Positions 37,333 through 46,318 of a stretch of 64,000 nucleotides of DNA are shown here, piece by piece. The stretch covers positions 37,091-101,090 of the forward strand of contig JBFWYG010000010.1 in assembly GCA_050186725.1 (NCBI GenBank), in the 5' to 3' direction. A program made the position numbers and the translations under genes. The notes beneath the pieces are model-generated. The model made no database searches. It was not told the DNA's origin and saw nothing but the letters and a program-made list of their open reading frames with translations. This DNA is from Gammaproteobacteria bacterium (GTDB lineage: Bacteria > Pseudomonadota > Gammaproteobacteria > Ga0077536). Within the stretch, counting starts at the first letter, position 1. Every line of letters begins with the position of its first letter.

Positions 37333-38400
37333 GTGAGAATCATCGTCACCGGCGGCGCCGGTTTCATCGGGTCGGCTTTGGTCAGGCATCTGCTCGCGTG
37401 CACCAATCACCAGATCCTGAACATCGACGCGCTCGGCTACTGCAGCAGCCTCACCGCCCTCGAGGGCGCGCTCGATCACGCGCGGCACCGCTTCGCGCAG
37501 ATCGACATCACCGACGGCGAGCGCGTCGCCACGTTGCTCGAGGAGTTCGAGCCCGATGCCGTCATGCATCTCGCCGCCGAGTCCCACGTCGATCGTTCCA
37601 TCGATTCCCCCTGGCCATTCGTGCGTTCCAATATCCTCGGCACCTTCGAACTACTGGAGCGGGTCCGCGCTCATCTCGCGCGCCGCGAGTCCGCGGCTCG
37701 GTTGAGTTTTCGTTTCCTGCACGTGTCCACCGACGAGGTGTTCGGCGGCCCCGTCTACGGCGCCCTGCTCCACGAAGCGACGCCCTATGCCCCGAGTTCC
37801 CCCTACGCGGCTTCCAAGGCGAGCGCCGACCACTTGGTGCGCGCCTGGCATCGCACCTACGGCATGCCGACCATCGTCACCAACTGCTCGAACAATTTCG
37901 GGCCTTACCAGTTTCCGGAGAAGCTCATTCCACTGGTGATCACCAACGCACTCGCGGGTCGCCCGCTGCCGGTCTATGGCGATGGCCAGCAGGTGCGTGA
38001 CTGGCTGTATGTGCAGGATCACGTCGAGGCGCTGTGTCGCGTGCTCGAGCGGGGCACCCCCGGCGCCACCTACAACATCGGCGCCTTCAACCAGCGCACA
38101 AATCTCGCGGTGGTGGAGATGGTGTGTGCGACCCTCGATGCCTGTGTGGCCGCGCGTCCGGCGGGTCTCGACAGCCACGCCCAGCTGATCCGCTTCGTCG
38201 CCGATCGACCCGGCCACGATCGCCGCTACGCGATCGACGCCGGCCGCATGCGCGACGAACTCGAGTGGCGCGCCCGTCATCCCTTCGAGCCGACGCTGGC
38301 GGAGACCGTGCGCTGGTATGTCGAGCACCAGGACTGGTGCCGCGAGGTCGGCGCCGCGGGGGTGGCAGCAACGCGACGCGGCCTGGGCGGCGGCACATGA
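37333..38400 (+). CDS. rfbB: dTDP-glucose 4,6-dehydratase
   Basis: VTGGAGFIGS, HLAAESHVDRSI, HVSTDEV, SPYAASKAS, NCSNNFGPYQFPEKLIP, RDWLYVQDH and DRPGHDRRYAID; GTG start at 37333. Confidence 0.93.
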   Translation: MRIIVTGGAGFIGSALVRHLLACTNHQILNIDALGYCSSLTALEGALDHARHRFAQIDITDGERVATLLEEFEPDAVMHLAAESHVDRSIDSPWPFVRSNILGTFELLERVRAHLARRESAARLSFRFLHVSTDEVFGGPVYGALLHEATPYAPSSPYAASKASADHLVRAWHRTYGMPTIVTNCSNNFGPYQFPEKLIPLVITNALAGRPLPVYGDGQQVRDWLYVQDHVEALCRVLERGTPGATYNIGAFNQRTNLAVVEMVCATLDACVAARPAGLDSHAQLIRFVADRPGHDRRYAIDAGRMRDELEWRARHPFEPTLAETVRWYVEHQDWCREVGAAGVAATRRGLGGGT

Positions 38401-38551
38401 GCCGGAGTTGCAGCGTGCAGCGGGGCGTCCCACCAGGCGTCGCAGTACAGCGCTGAGGCGGCCAGGCGCTGGCCGGGCGCGACACGATAAGCGTCGCAGC
38501 ACACGCCACGGCGGCGAGGCCGAGTAACGGGTGGCGCCCCAAGCACTTGTG

Positions 38552-38601
38552 TGTTCACGACGTGAACAACACCATGCTACCATGCGTTCACATTTTGAAC
38601 G
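38552..38601 (+). promoter_or_regulatory. Two GTTCA-N5-TGAAC palindromic operators overlapping a sigma70-type promoter of the MarR-type gene
   Basis: TGTTCACGACGTGAACA (38552-38568) and CGTTCACATTTTGAACG (38585-38601). TTCACG (-35-like, 38554-38559) and an extended -10 TG-C-TACCAT (38575-38583) fall on and between the sites. Confidence 0.65.
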
Positions 38602-38609
38602 GTGGGTGC

Positions 38610-39233
38610 ATGAAACGCGAGCCAGGCGAAGCGCGCACGCTCGAGATCCTCGAAGCCATCGAGGCCCGGCGTGACGTCACCCAGCGGCGGCTCGCGGACC
38701 AGCTCGGCGTCGCCCTGGGCCTCGCCAACTCCTATCTCCGGCGCTGCGTGCGCAAAGGCCTGGTCAAGATCCAGCAGGCCCCGGCCAATCGCTACGTCTA
38801 CTACCTCACGCCCCAGGGCCTGGCCGAGAAGAGTCGGCTCACGGCCGAGTACCTGCGCTCATCCTTCGACTACTACCACCGCGCCGGCCAGGCGGTGGGC
38901 GAGTGCTTCGCTCACTGCGAGGCTCAGGGCTGGCGCCGGCTGGTGTTGGCCGGCATGTCGGAGATTGCGGAGATCGCCTCGATACGCGCGCACGACCTCG
39001 ACCTCGAGATCCTCGGCACCATCGACCTCGGCGCCAAGGTCCCGCGCTTCATCGGCCGCCCGGTGTGGACGTCGACGGCCGCCGCGCCGCCCTGCGACGC
39101 GGTGCTGTTCACCGCGCTGGCCGAACCGCTCGACCTGCACGCCGCGCTGCTCGCCGCCTACCCGGTCGAGCGCGTGCTGGTGCCGGACATTTTGAAGCCG
39201 GTGCTGGACGCGCCCTCGGTGGTGGACGCCTGA
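38610..39233 (+). CDS. Winged-helix MarR-type regulator of the EPS-associated kind
   Basis: LEILEAI...VTQRRLADQLGVALGLANSYLRRCVRKGLVK...RYVYYLTPQGLAEKSRLTAEYL, followed by a Rossmann-like C-terminal domain. Confidence 0.85.
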   Translation: MKREPGEARTLEILEAIEARRDVTQRRLADQLGVALGLANSYLRRCVRKGLVKIQQAPANRYVYYLTPQGLAEKSRLTAEYLRSSFDYYHRAGQAVGECFAHCEAQGWRRLVLAGMSEIAEIASIRAHDLDLEILGTIDLGAKVPRFIGRPVWTSTAAAPPCDAVLFTALAEPLDLHAALLAAYPVERVLVPDILKPVLDAPSVVDA

Positions 39234-39236
39234 AGC

Positions 39237-40403
39237 GTGCGCCAGGTGGTCGTAAGTCTCGCGGATCTGTCCGCCTCCATCGGTGAGGCGGTGACCTCGG
39301 TGCGCCTGGCGCGGAGCTTCGCTGAACTGGGCCACCAGGTGACCCTGCTGGCGCCGGCGCCGCGCGAGACGCGGCCGGTGGTCGCGGCCGCGCCGGCGGT
39401 GGTGCGCTACTCGCCCAATGTCACGCGCCTCGGGCTGCCCAATTCGCTGAACTCGCTGGTGCAGGTATGCATCGTGCTCGGCCTGGTGCTGCGCGGCCGG
39501 GTCGAGGTGGTGTACGTGCGAGGGGCGTCGCTCACCTTCCTGTTCGGGCTCCTGCTGCGCGGCTGGACGCGGGTGGTGGTGGTGACAGAGCACCACGGGT
39601 GGCTCGAGGCGGAGCGACTGATCTCCGGTCGCCGCACCTGGCTCGCGCCGCTCGAGCGCTGGCTGCAGGTGCTGGACGCGCGTTGCGCGCGCCGCGTGCG
39701 CACGGTCGTGCCGGGCATCCGCCAGCGGCTCGCGGACGGCGGCGTCGAAGCGGCGCGGGTGATGGTGGTCGGCAACGCCGCCGACACCGAGGCCATCCGG
39801 CCGCTGCCGCGCGCGCCCGCGCTGCAGCGCTTCGGGCTCGACCCGGCGCGGGTCTACCTGGGATTCCTCGGCAGCCTCACGCGCTGGCAAGGCCTCGACG
39901 ATGTACTGCGCGCGTTCGCGCTACTGGCCGCGGAGGATACGCGCCTGCACCTGCTGCTGGTCGGCGAAGGGCCGTGCCGCGCCGAACTCGAAACCCTCGC
40001 GCGCGATCTCGGCGTGGTGTCGCGGGTGACCTTGCTCGGGCGAGTCGGGCACGACGAGGTCGGCGCCGCGATGGCCTGCTTCGACCTCGCGCTGTTGCCC
40101 ACCCATCGCGGCGCCTATGCCGACATCGGCCGCTCACCGCTCAAGCTCCGCGAGTACGCCGCGGCGGGACGCGCGGTGCTGGCCGCCGAGATCGACGCGG
40201 TTGACGCGCTGTCCGCGGAACCCTGGATCGCCTTCTACCGCCCGGGCGACCCGGACAGTTTCTGCGCCGCCGCGCGCCGCCTGCTGGCCGACGGCGCCGG
40301 TCTCGCCCAGGCCGGGCAGGCCGCGCGGGCCTACGCCGAGCAGCATTTCGCCTGGCCGGTGATCGCCGCGTCCATCCTGGCCGGGCTGCCGCGCGCCGCC
40401 TGA
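39237..40403 (+). CDS. Glycosyltransferase family 4
   Basis: GT-B layout: YLGFLGSLTRWQGLD, LLLVGEGP, GRVGHDEV and SPLKLREYAAAGRAV. Confidence 0.9.
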   Translation: MRQVVVSLADLSASIGEAVTSVRLARSFAELGHQVTLLAPAPRETRPVVAAAPAVVRYSPNVTRLGLPNSLNSLVQVCIVLGLVLRGRVEVVYVRGASLTFLFGLLLRGWTRVVVVTEHHGWLEAERLISGRRTWLAPLERWLQVLDARCARRVRTVVPGIRQRLADGGVEAARVMVVGNAADTEAIRPLPRAPALQRFGLDPARVYLGFLGSLTRWQGLDDVLRAFALLAAEDTRLHLLLVGEGPCRAELETLARDLGVVSRVTLLGRVGHDEVGAAMACFDLALLPTHRGAYADIGRSPLKLREYAAAGRAVLAAEIDAVDALSAEPWIAFYRPGDPDSFCAAARRLLADGAGLAQAGQAARAYAEQHFAWPVIAASILAGLPRAA

Positions 40404-40434
40404 ACACTTCCATTCGACTCCAAGGACCTTGCGC

Positions 40435-41055
40435 ATGAGCGACTCGAACTACACCGCCGGCACTGACTGTTCCATCGCGCCTGGCGCGATCGTCGGTCTC
40501 GTCTACCGCGACGGCGCGGGCCCCGCGCGGCTCGGCGATCGCTGCGTGGTGCGCGCGGGCGCGATCATCTACGGCGATGTGACCGCGGGCTCGCACCTGC
40601 AGACCGGCCATCACGTCATGATTCGCGAGCACACGACGTTGGGCGATCACGTGGTGATCGGCACCAACACCGTGATCGACGGCACCGTCACCATCGGCAG
40701 CTTCGTCAAGATCGAATCGAACTGCTACATCCCGACCCACGTGACCATCGGCACGCGCGTGTTCCTGGGGCCGGGCGTGGTGCTGACCAACGATCGTTAT
40801 CCGCTCAAGCAGCGCGCGAGCTACAAGCCCGAGGGGCCGGTGCTCGAGGACGGCGTGACGCTCGGCGGCGGCGTGGTGGTGGTGCCCGGGGTGCGCATCG
40901 GCGCCAACAGCTTCGTCGCCGCCGGCGCGGTGGTGACCAAGGACGTGCCGCCGAACAGTCTCGTCACCGGCGTGCCCGGCCAGATCCGGCCGCTGCCCGA
41001 GCATCTGCGCGAGACCAACATGGCGCTCTCCTGGATGAAGTACCTCGAGCCCTGA
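40435..41055 (+). CDS. Hexapeptide-repeat N-acetyltransferase (WbpD-like)
   Basis: Left-handed beta-helix repeats, FLGPGVVLTNDRYP, and IGANSFVAAGAVVTKDVPPNSLVTGVPG. Confidence 0.85.
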   Translation: MSDSNYTAGTDCSIAPGAIVGLVYRDGAGPARLGDRCVVRAGAIIYGDVTAGSHLQTGHHVMIREHTTLGDHVVIGTNTVIDGTVTIGSFVKIESNCYIPTHVTIGTRVFLGPGVVLTNDRYPLKQRASYKPEGPVLEDGVTLGGGVVVVPGVRIGANSFVAAGAVVTKDVPPNSLVTGVPGQIRPLPEHLRETNMALSWMKYLEP

Positions 41056-41099
41056 GCGCGGCGCCCACAGAACGCAAGTCACACACGGAAACTCGAAGC

Positions 41100-42101
41100 A
41101 TGACCAAGATTGCCCTCATCGGCTGCGGCAAGCAGGCGCCGAAACACATCGCCGGCCTGCGCGCGGCCGGCACGAGCGACATCCTGCTCTACGATCTCGA
41201 CGCCGCGCGCGCCGCGGCGCTGGCGGAGAAGGAGAAGCTCGCGCACACCGCCTCGCTCGACGCGCTGTTCGCCGACCCGACGGTCGCCATCGTCGACATC
41301 GCCACACCGACACCGAGCCACGCCCCGCTGATCGGGCGCGCCATCGAGGCCGGCAAGCACTTCTTCTGCGAGAAGCCGCTGTGCGGCTCGCTCGCCGAGG
41401 CGCAGAGCATCCAGGCCGCGGCGCGCGCGCGCGGTGTGATCGGCATGGTCGGCTACATCTACCGCTTCGCGCCGGTGTTCGAAGCCGGCTGGAAGCTGAC
41501 CCCGGCCGCCGGCGCACCCTTGGGCAAACCGGTCACCGCGCACTTCCGCATCGGCGGACGCGGCGAGCACGAGGTGTGGAAGCACACCCGCGCCACCGGC
41601 GGCGGCGCGGCCAACGAGATGCTGGTGCACATGCTGGACCTCGCCATCTGGTACTTCGGCGCGGTACGCGGCGTCGAGGTCATCGCCAACGATCTGCTGC
41701 GCCCGGTGCGCACCATCGGCGGCAAGCAGGTCGAGGTGGACGCGCAGGACTTCGTGCTGGTCAAGCTCGACATGGAGCACTGCGGCAGCGTCTACGTGCA
41801 GGCGGATCTCGTCACGCCGGCCTTCAACCAGTACACCGAGATCCAGTACGAGCGCGGCGGCTTCATGGGCTCGATCCAGGGCGACGTCTCGTCCTACGTG
41901 TTCGCCACCGCCGCCGGCGGCGAGTTCCCCGCCGGCCGTACCGCGCTCGACAACGGTGACGGCAACCTCTTCAAACACCAGATGGGGGCCTTGCTGGCCC
42001 ACGTCCAGCGCGGCGAACAGCCGCCGCGTAATTCAATCGATGATTCAGTCAAGCTGATGGAGGCCATGAACATGTTGCAGCAGAAAGGAGTGGGACGATG
42101 A
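41100..42101 (+). CDS. Gfo/Idh/MocA oxidoreductase (WbpB-like sugar 3-dehydrogenase)
   Basis: IALIGCG, IATPTPSH, HFFCEKP, VGYIYRF and GGGAANEMLVHMLD. Confidence 0.85.
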   Translation: MTKIALIGCGKQAPKHIAGLRAAGTSDILLYDLDAARAAALAEKEKLAHTASLDALFADPTVAIVDIATPTPSHAPLIGRAIEAGKHFFCEKPLCGSLAEAQSIQAAARARGVIGMVGYIYRFAPVFEAGWKLTPAAGAPLGKPVTAHFRIGGRGEHEVWKHTRATGGGAANEMLVHMLDLAIWYFGAVRGVEVIANDLLRPVRTIGGKQVEVDAQDFVLVKLDMEHCGSVYVQADLVTPAFNQYTEIQYERGGFMGSIQGDVSSYVFATAAGGEFPAGRTALDNGDGNLFKHQMGALLAHVQRGEQPPRNSIDDSVKLMEAMNMLQQKGVGR

Positions 42102-43195
42102 TCGGCATCGCGGATACCAAGCTCACCGAGAACGAGATCGAAGCGGCGGTCAAGGTGCTGCGCTCGGGCGCGCTGCGCCAGGGCAAGGTCAGCGACGCCT
42201 TCGAGGCGGCGTTCGCCGAGAAGGTCGGCGCGAAGCACGCGATCACCTGCTCGAACGGATCGGCGGCCCTGCATCTCGTCTACATGGCGGACTTCCAGCC
42301 GGGCGACGAAGTGCTGGTGCCGGCCTTCACCTTCATCGCCACCGCCAGCATGGCGGCGGTGTGCGGCGTGAAGCCGGTGATCTGTGAGGTCGACCCGGAG
42401 ACCTTCCTGATCGATCTCAAGGACGCCGAGAAGCGGATCACGCCGAAGACCAAGGGCATCTCACCCGTGCACCTGTTCGGCAACCCGCTCGACATCGACG
42501 CGGTGCAGGCCTTCGCCAGGAAGCACAATCTCAAGATCGTGTGGGACTCGGCGCAGAGCCACGGTGCGCTGTGGAAGGGCCGCGACATCGGCGGCTTCGA
42601 CGACTACGTGTGCTACTCCTTCTACCCGTCGAAGAACATGTTCGTCGGCGAGGGCGGCATGGTATGCACCAACAACGACGACTCGGCGCATCGCATCCGC
42701 TACCTGCGCATGCACGGCCAGACCGGCAAGTACTACCACACCTCGCTCGGCCTCAATTACCGCCTGACCGACGTCGAGGCGGCCATCGGCCTCGAGCAGA
42801 TGAAGCGCCTGGACAGCATGCTGGAGACCCGCCGGCGCAACGCCGCGACCCTGACCGCGGGCCTGAAGGACATTCCTGGCCTCACCCTGCAGAAGGTCAC
42901 GCCCGAAGGCACCCACGCCTGGCACCAGTTCTGCGTGCTGATCGATCCCGCCAGGTTCGGCTGCAACCGCGACGAGCTCAGCAGCCGGCTGAACGATCTC
43001 GGCGTGGCGTCCGGCGTGCACTACCCGCGCGGCCTGCACCAGCAGCCGATCTTCGAGGAGATGTACGGCAAGGACTCGCTGCCGATCACCGAGCGGCTGG
43101 CCGACACCATCCTCGCGCTGCCGGTGCACCACGGGCTCGCCCCCGCTGACGTCGACGCGGTGGTGGCAGCGGTGCGCAAGGTGGCGGGCGCCTGA
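42098..43195 (+). CDS. DegT/DnrJ/EryC1/StrS PLP aminotransferase (WbpE-like)
   Basis: CSNGSAALH, VPAFTFIATA, PVHLFGNP, DSAQSHGA, SFYPSKNM (PLP Lys), GEGGM and GLNYRL. Confidence 0.92.
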   Translation: MIGIADTKLTENEIEAAVKVLRSGALRQGKVSDAFEAAFAEKVGAKHAITCSNGSAALHLVYMADFQPGDEVLVPAFTFIATASMAAVCGVKPVICEVDPETFLIDLKDAEKRITPKTKGISPVHLFGNPLDIDAVQAFARKHNLKIVWDSAQSHGALWKGRDIGGFDDYVCYSFYPSKNMFVGEGGMVCTNNDDSAHRIRYLRMHGQTGKYYHTSLGLNYRLTDVEAAIGLEQMKRLDSMLETRRRNAATLTAGLKDIPGLTLQKVTPEGTHAWHQFCVLIDPARFGCNRDELSSRLNDLGVASGVHYPRGLHQQPIFEEMYGKDSLPITERLADTILALPVHHGLAPADVDAVVAAVRKVAGA

Positions 43196-43209
43196 GGGGA
43201 GGGCCGAGC

Positions 43210-44361
43210 ATGAGCGCCGAGGTCAAGATTCTGAAGGCCGGCGATCTCGCGAGCGAGGTCGCCGTGGTGGTCGGGACGCGTCCCGGCATCGTCATGTTCG
43301 CGCCCATCATCCACGAACTGCGGCGCCGGGCGGTACCGCATTTCGTGATTCACACCGGTCAGCACTATTCGCCCAACATGGACGCGGAGTTCTTTCGCGA
43401 CCTGGAACTGCCGGCCCCCGACTATCGCATCGACGCCACCGCCGAGCATCGCACCCACGGCGCGCAGACCGCGCACATGCTGGCGGGCATCGAGCGCGTG
43501 CTGCTCGAACGCAAGCCGCGGGTGATGCTGGTGGGCGGCGACGCCAACACCAATCTCGCCGGGGCACTCGCCGCGCGCAAGCTGCAGATCGCGGTCGGTC
43601 ACGTCGAGGCGGGGGAACGCAGCTTCGACTGGTCGATGCCGGAAGAACACAATCGGCGCATGATCGATCACATCTCCGATTACCTGTTCATCACGGGCGA
43701 GAAGGCGCGTGCCAATCTCGAGCGCGAAGCGGTGCAGGGGCAGATAGTCAACACCGGCAATCCCATCGTCGACGCGTCCTTGCAGCATCTGCACATGGCG
43801 CAGCGCCGCGGCAGCGTGCTCGAGAGCGTCGCCGTGGCGCCGCGTGGCTACGCGGTGCTGACCATGCACCGCGAGGAGAACGTCGATCACCTCGAGCGTC
43901 TGCGCGGAGGCCTCGAGGGCGCGGCGCAAGCCGCCGAGGTGCTCGGTCTGCCGCTGCTGTTCTTCGTGCATCCGCGCACCGAGAAGCGCCTGCGCGAGTT
44001 CGGGCTGGACGCCTGGGTGCGCGCCTTGCCTCGCGTGCGCAGCCTGCCGGCCGCGGGGTATCTCGATTTCCTCGCCTTCGTCGCCCACGCGCGGCTGGTG
44101 TTCACCGACTCGGGCGGCGTGCAGCAGGAAGCCTGCATCCACCAGGTGCCGTGCGTGACCTTGCGCGACAACACCGAATGGACCGAGACGCTGGCGAGCG
44201 GCGCCAATCGCCTCGCCGGCTGCGCGCCCGAGGCGATCGTGACGGCGGCGCGCGAGGCCGCGCGCGTCGCCTCGGGATGGCCGGTACCCTTCGGCGCCGG
44301 CGATGCCGCGGCGCGGATCGTCGATGCCGTCGCGGCGCTTCCGGCGCGCTCGCGCGCCTGA
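43210..44361 (+). CDS. wecB: Non-hydrolysing UDP-N-acetylhexosamine(uronate) 2-epimerase (WecB/WbpI-like)
   Basis: VVGTRPG, HTGQHYS, VGGDANT, GHVEAGERSFDWSMPEEHNR, LTMHREENVD, TDSGGVQQEA and LRDNTEWTET. Confidence 0.9.
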   Translation: MSAEVKILKAGDLASEVAVVVGTRPGIVMFAPIIHELRRRAVPHFVIHTGQHYSPNMDAEFFRDLELPAPDYRIDATAEHRTHGAQTAHMLAGIERVLLERKPRVMLVGGDANTNLAGALAARKLQIAVGHVEAGERSFDWSMPEEHNRRMIDHISDYLFITGEKARANLEREAVQGQIVNTGNPIVDASLQHLHMAQRRGSVLESVAVAPRGYAVLTMHREENVDHLERLRGGLEGAAQAAEVLGLPLLFFVHPRTEKRLREFGLDAWVRALPRVRSLPAAGYLDFLAFVAHARLVFTDSGGVQQEACIHQVPCVTLRDNTEWTETLASGANRLAGCAPEAIVTAAREAARVASGWPVPFGAGDAAARIVDAVAALPARSRA

Positions 44362-44373
44362 GAGCGGACAAGC

Positions 44374-46287
44374 GTGACCCGCGTGCACCTAGCGAGCGGT
44401 GGCGAAGCGCCTTCCGGCTGGCATTTCCGCACCTTCTGCCTGCTGGTGTGCGCGCTCGGGTTTGCTCTGCAGCTGCCGAGCAACTTCATCGTCCATTGGG
44501 ATATGTCCACCTATCTCAGCAACGCGAAGTTCGCCTGGCTGGGCGTGACGCCGGCGGAAAGCGACGTGTTCGCGACCAGTCGCGGCGGCTACATCGGGCT
44601 TTTGACCCTGCTATACCTGCTGCCTGGCGCCTACCTCGTCAAGGTGGCGCTCATGCAGGCGGGGTTCTGCGCGCTGTCGGCGCTGGGGTTCGGTGTACTG
44701 GCCTGGCGCGTGTACGGGCGCGCCGCCGCTTGGACGGCGGTCTGCCTGTGGTTCAGCACGGTCGACCTGCTGCACCGGCTGCCGGCCGGCATCGATCCGG
44801 TGTGGCCACCTTTCATTCTGGGCGCGCTGCTGCTGCTGTGGCGCGAGCCCGCGCGCGAGATCTCCTGGCGCGTCGCGATCGTGGCCGGCGCGCTGGTCGG
44901 CGTGGCCTTGTCCATCAAGGAAGCGACGGCGCCGTTCGCGGCCTTACCCGTATTGCTGCTCGCCGCGCGGGTGATCGCCATTCGCCCGGTCGCCTTGCTG
45001 GCATGGGCGCTGGCCTTGGCGCTGAGCTTCTGGTTGATCGGCGCGCTCCTGCCGGGCGCCGCGGCGGCGGCCGAGCGCGGCGCCGCCTACGACACCGGCA
45101 GCGGCATGCTGGTCGACTGGCTGCAGCGCGAGGTGGCGGCCGCAGGCGGGCACGGCGTCGGCGCCTACCTCGCCATCGCATGCGAAGCTCTCGTCGCCTA
45201 TTTCACCAAGACCGCGCGCGGTCCCGGGCTCGCGTCCGCGGTGCCGCTGTTGCCGGTCGCCGCGCTGGGCCTGGCGTGGGCCCTGTGGCGCGCGGTGGCG
45301 CTGCGGGACCGCGCCGCGGCCTTCCTGCTGTGCGCCTTCCTGCTGTCGCTGCCGCTGGCCGCCATCAGTGGCCTGATGGGGCTGCGCGTGACACAGGATC
45401 TGCCGGTGGTCGGTCTCGCCTACATCATGACTGCGCGTCTTGTGCTGGATTTGGCCGCGCGCCTGGATCGGAGTCGCCGTGCAGCCTGGCTGTGGTCCGC
45501 CGCAGTGGTGGGGATGACGCTGGCGCTGGTGACGGTCGGCGTCTCGCGCGCAACGCTCGATCCGGGCAAGTTCGTGCAGGGCAGCGCCGCATGGCGCGCG
45601 GTGACCGGGGCGCGCCAGCCGTTCGAGGTCACGGTACCCGGTCAGGCGCTGGCGGAGTGGATCGCGAGCAACGTGCCGGCCGGCTCGACGGTGCTGGTCG
45701 AGAACGTACTGCTGCGCTACTGCGTCACCTACCTGCTCGGCGCGGATTACCAAGTGCGCTCCGCGCCGCTCGCGAATGTCGGCTATACGGTCACCTGGCC
45801 CTACTATCCGCTGCTGGCGCCGCGGCCCGGTGAGCCGCTCGAGTTCCTGGCCCTGTCTTCGCCGGTACCCGGGCTGTTTCTGAACGTTCTGCTAGGGGCG
45901 CAGCGCGGCGCATTCGACGCCGGCGTCGCCGCGCACGGTCGTCCTTACGTGGCCATCGGCGAGTTCAGCTATGGCCAACCCCTGATCGCCTGGCTTGCCG
46001 GCGCGAAGGGCTTCGAGCGGATAACCCGCATCAAGGGGCGCCGCGCTGCCGACCGGGTCACCGTGCTGCGACCGCCGGCGTCGCCGCCGCTGCCCGCGGC
46101 GCCGCGCCAGGTCGATTCGCGCGTGCGTGAACATCTGCGCCTGCTCGCCGCGCGCGGTCCGCAAGCGCAGTTCCAATGGCACGCGGCGTTGGTGCGCGCG
46201 TTGCTGGATCTGGGCCCTGACGCGTCGATAATGGACGCGGCGCCGTGCGCCGTCACGGTCTCCGACGGAGGACTCCTGTGCTACTGA
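44374..46287 (+). CDS. Polytopic membrane protein, GT-C-like (ArnT/PMT-type) glycosyltransferase candidate
   Basis: More than 10 hydrophobic segments, an early loop WDMSTY with an acidic residue as in GT-C enzymes, GVALSIKEAT, and a soluble C-terminal domain. Confidence 0.55.
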   Translation: MTRVHLASGGEAPSGWHFRTFCLLVCALGFALQLPSNFIVHWDMSTYLSNAKFAWLGVTPAESDVFATSRGGYIGLLTLLYLLPGAYLVKVALMQAGFCALSALGFGVLAWRVYGRAAAWTAVCLWFSTVDLLHRLPAGIDPVWPPFILGALLLLWREPAREISWRVAIVAGALVGVALSIKEATAPFAALPVLLLAARVIAIRPVALLAWALALALSFWLIGALLPGAAAAAERGAAYDTGSGMLVDWLQREVAAAGGHGVGAYLAIACEALVAYFTKTARGPGLASAVPLLPVAALGLAWALWRAVALRDRAAAFLLCAFLLSLPLAAISGLMGLRVTQDLPVVGLAYIMTARLVLDLAARLDRSRRAAWLWSAAVVGMTLALVTVGVSRATLDPGKFVQGSAAWRAVTGARQPFEVTVPGQALAEWIASNVPAGSTVLVENVLLRYCVTYLLGADYQVRSAPLANVGYTVTWPYYPLLAPRPGEPLEFLALSSPVPGLFLNVLLGAQRGAFDAGVAAHGRPYVAIGEFSYGQPLIAWLAGAKGFERITRIKGRRAADRVTVLRPPASPPLPAAPRQVDSRVREHLRLLAARGPQAQFQWHAALVRALLDLGPDASIMDAAPCAVTVSDGGLLCY

Positions 46288-46318
46288 CAACCCTCCGGCG
46301 CGGCTGAGGCGTTCGGCG

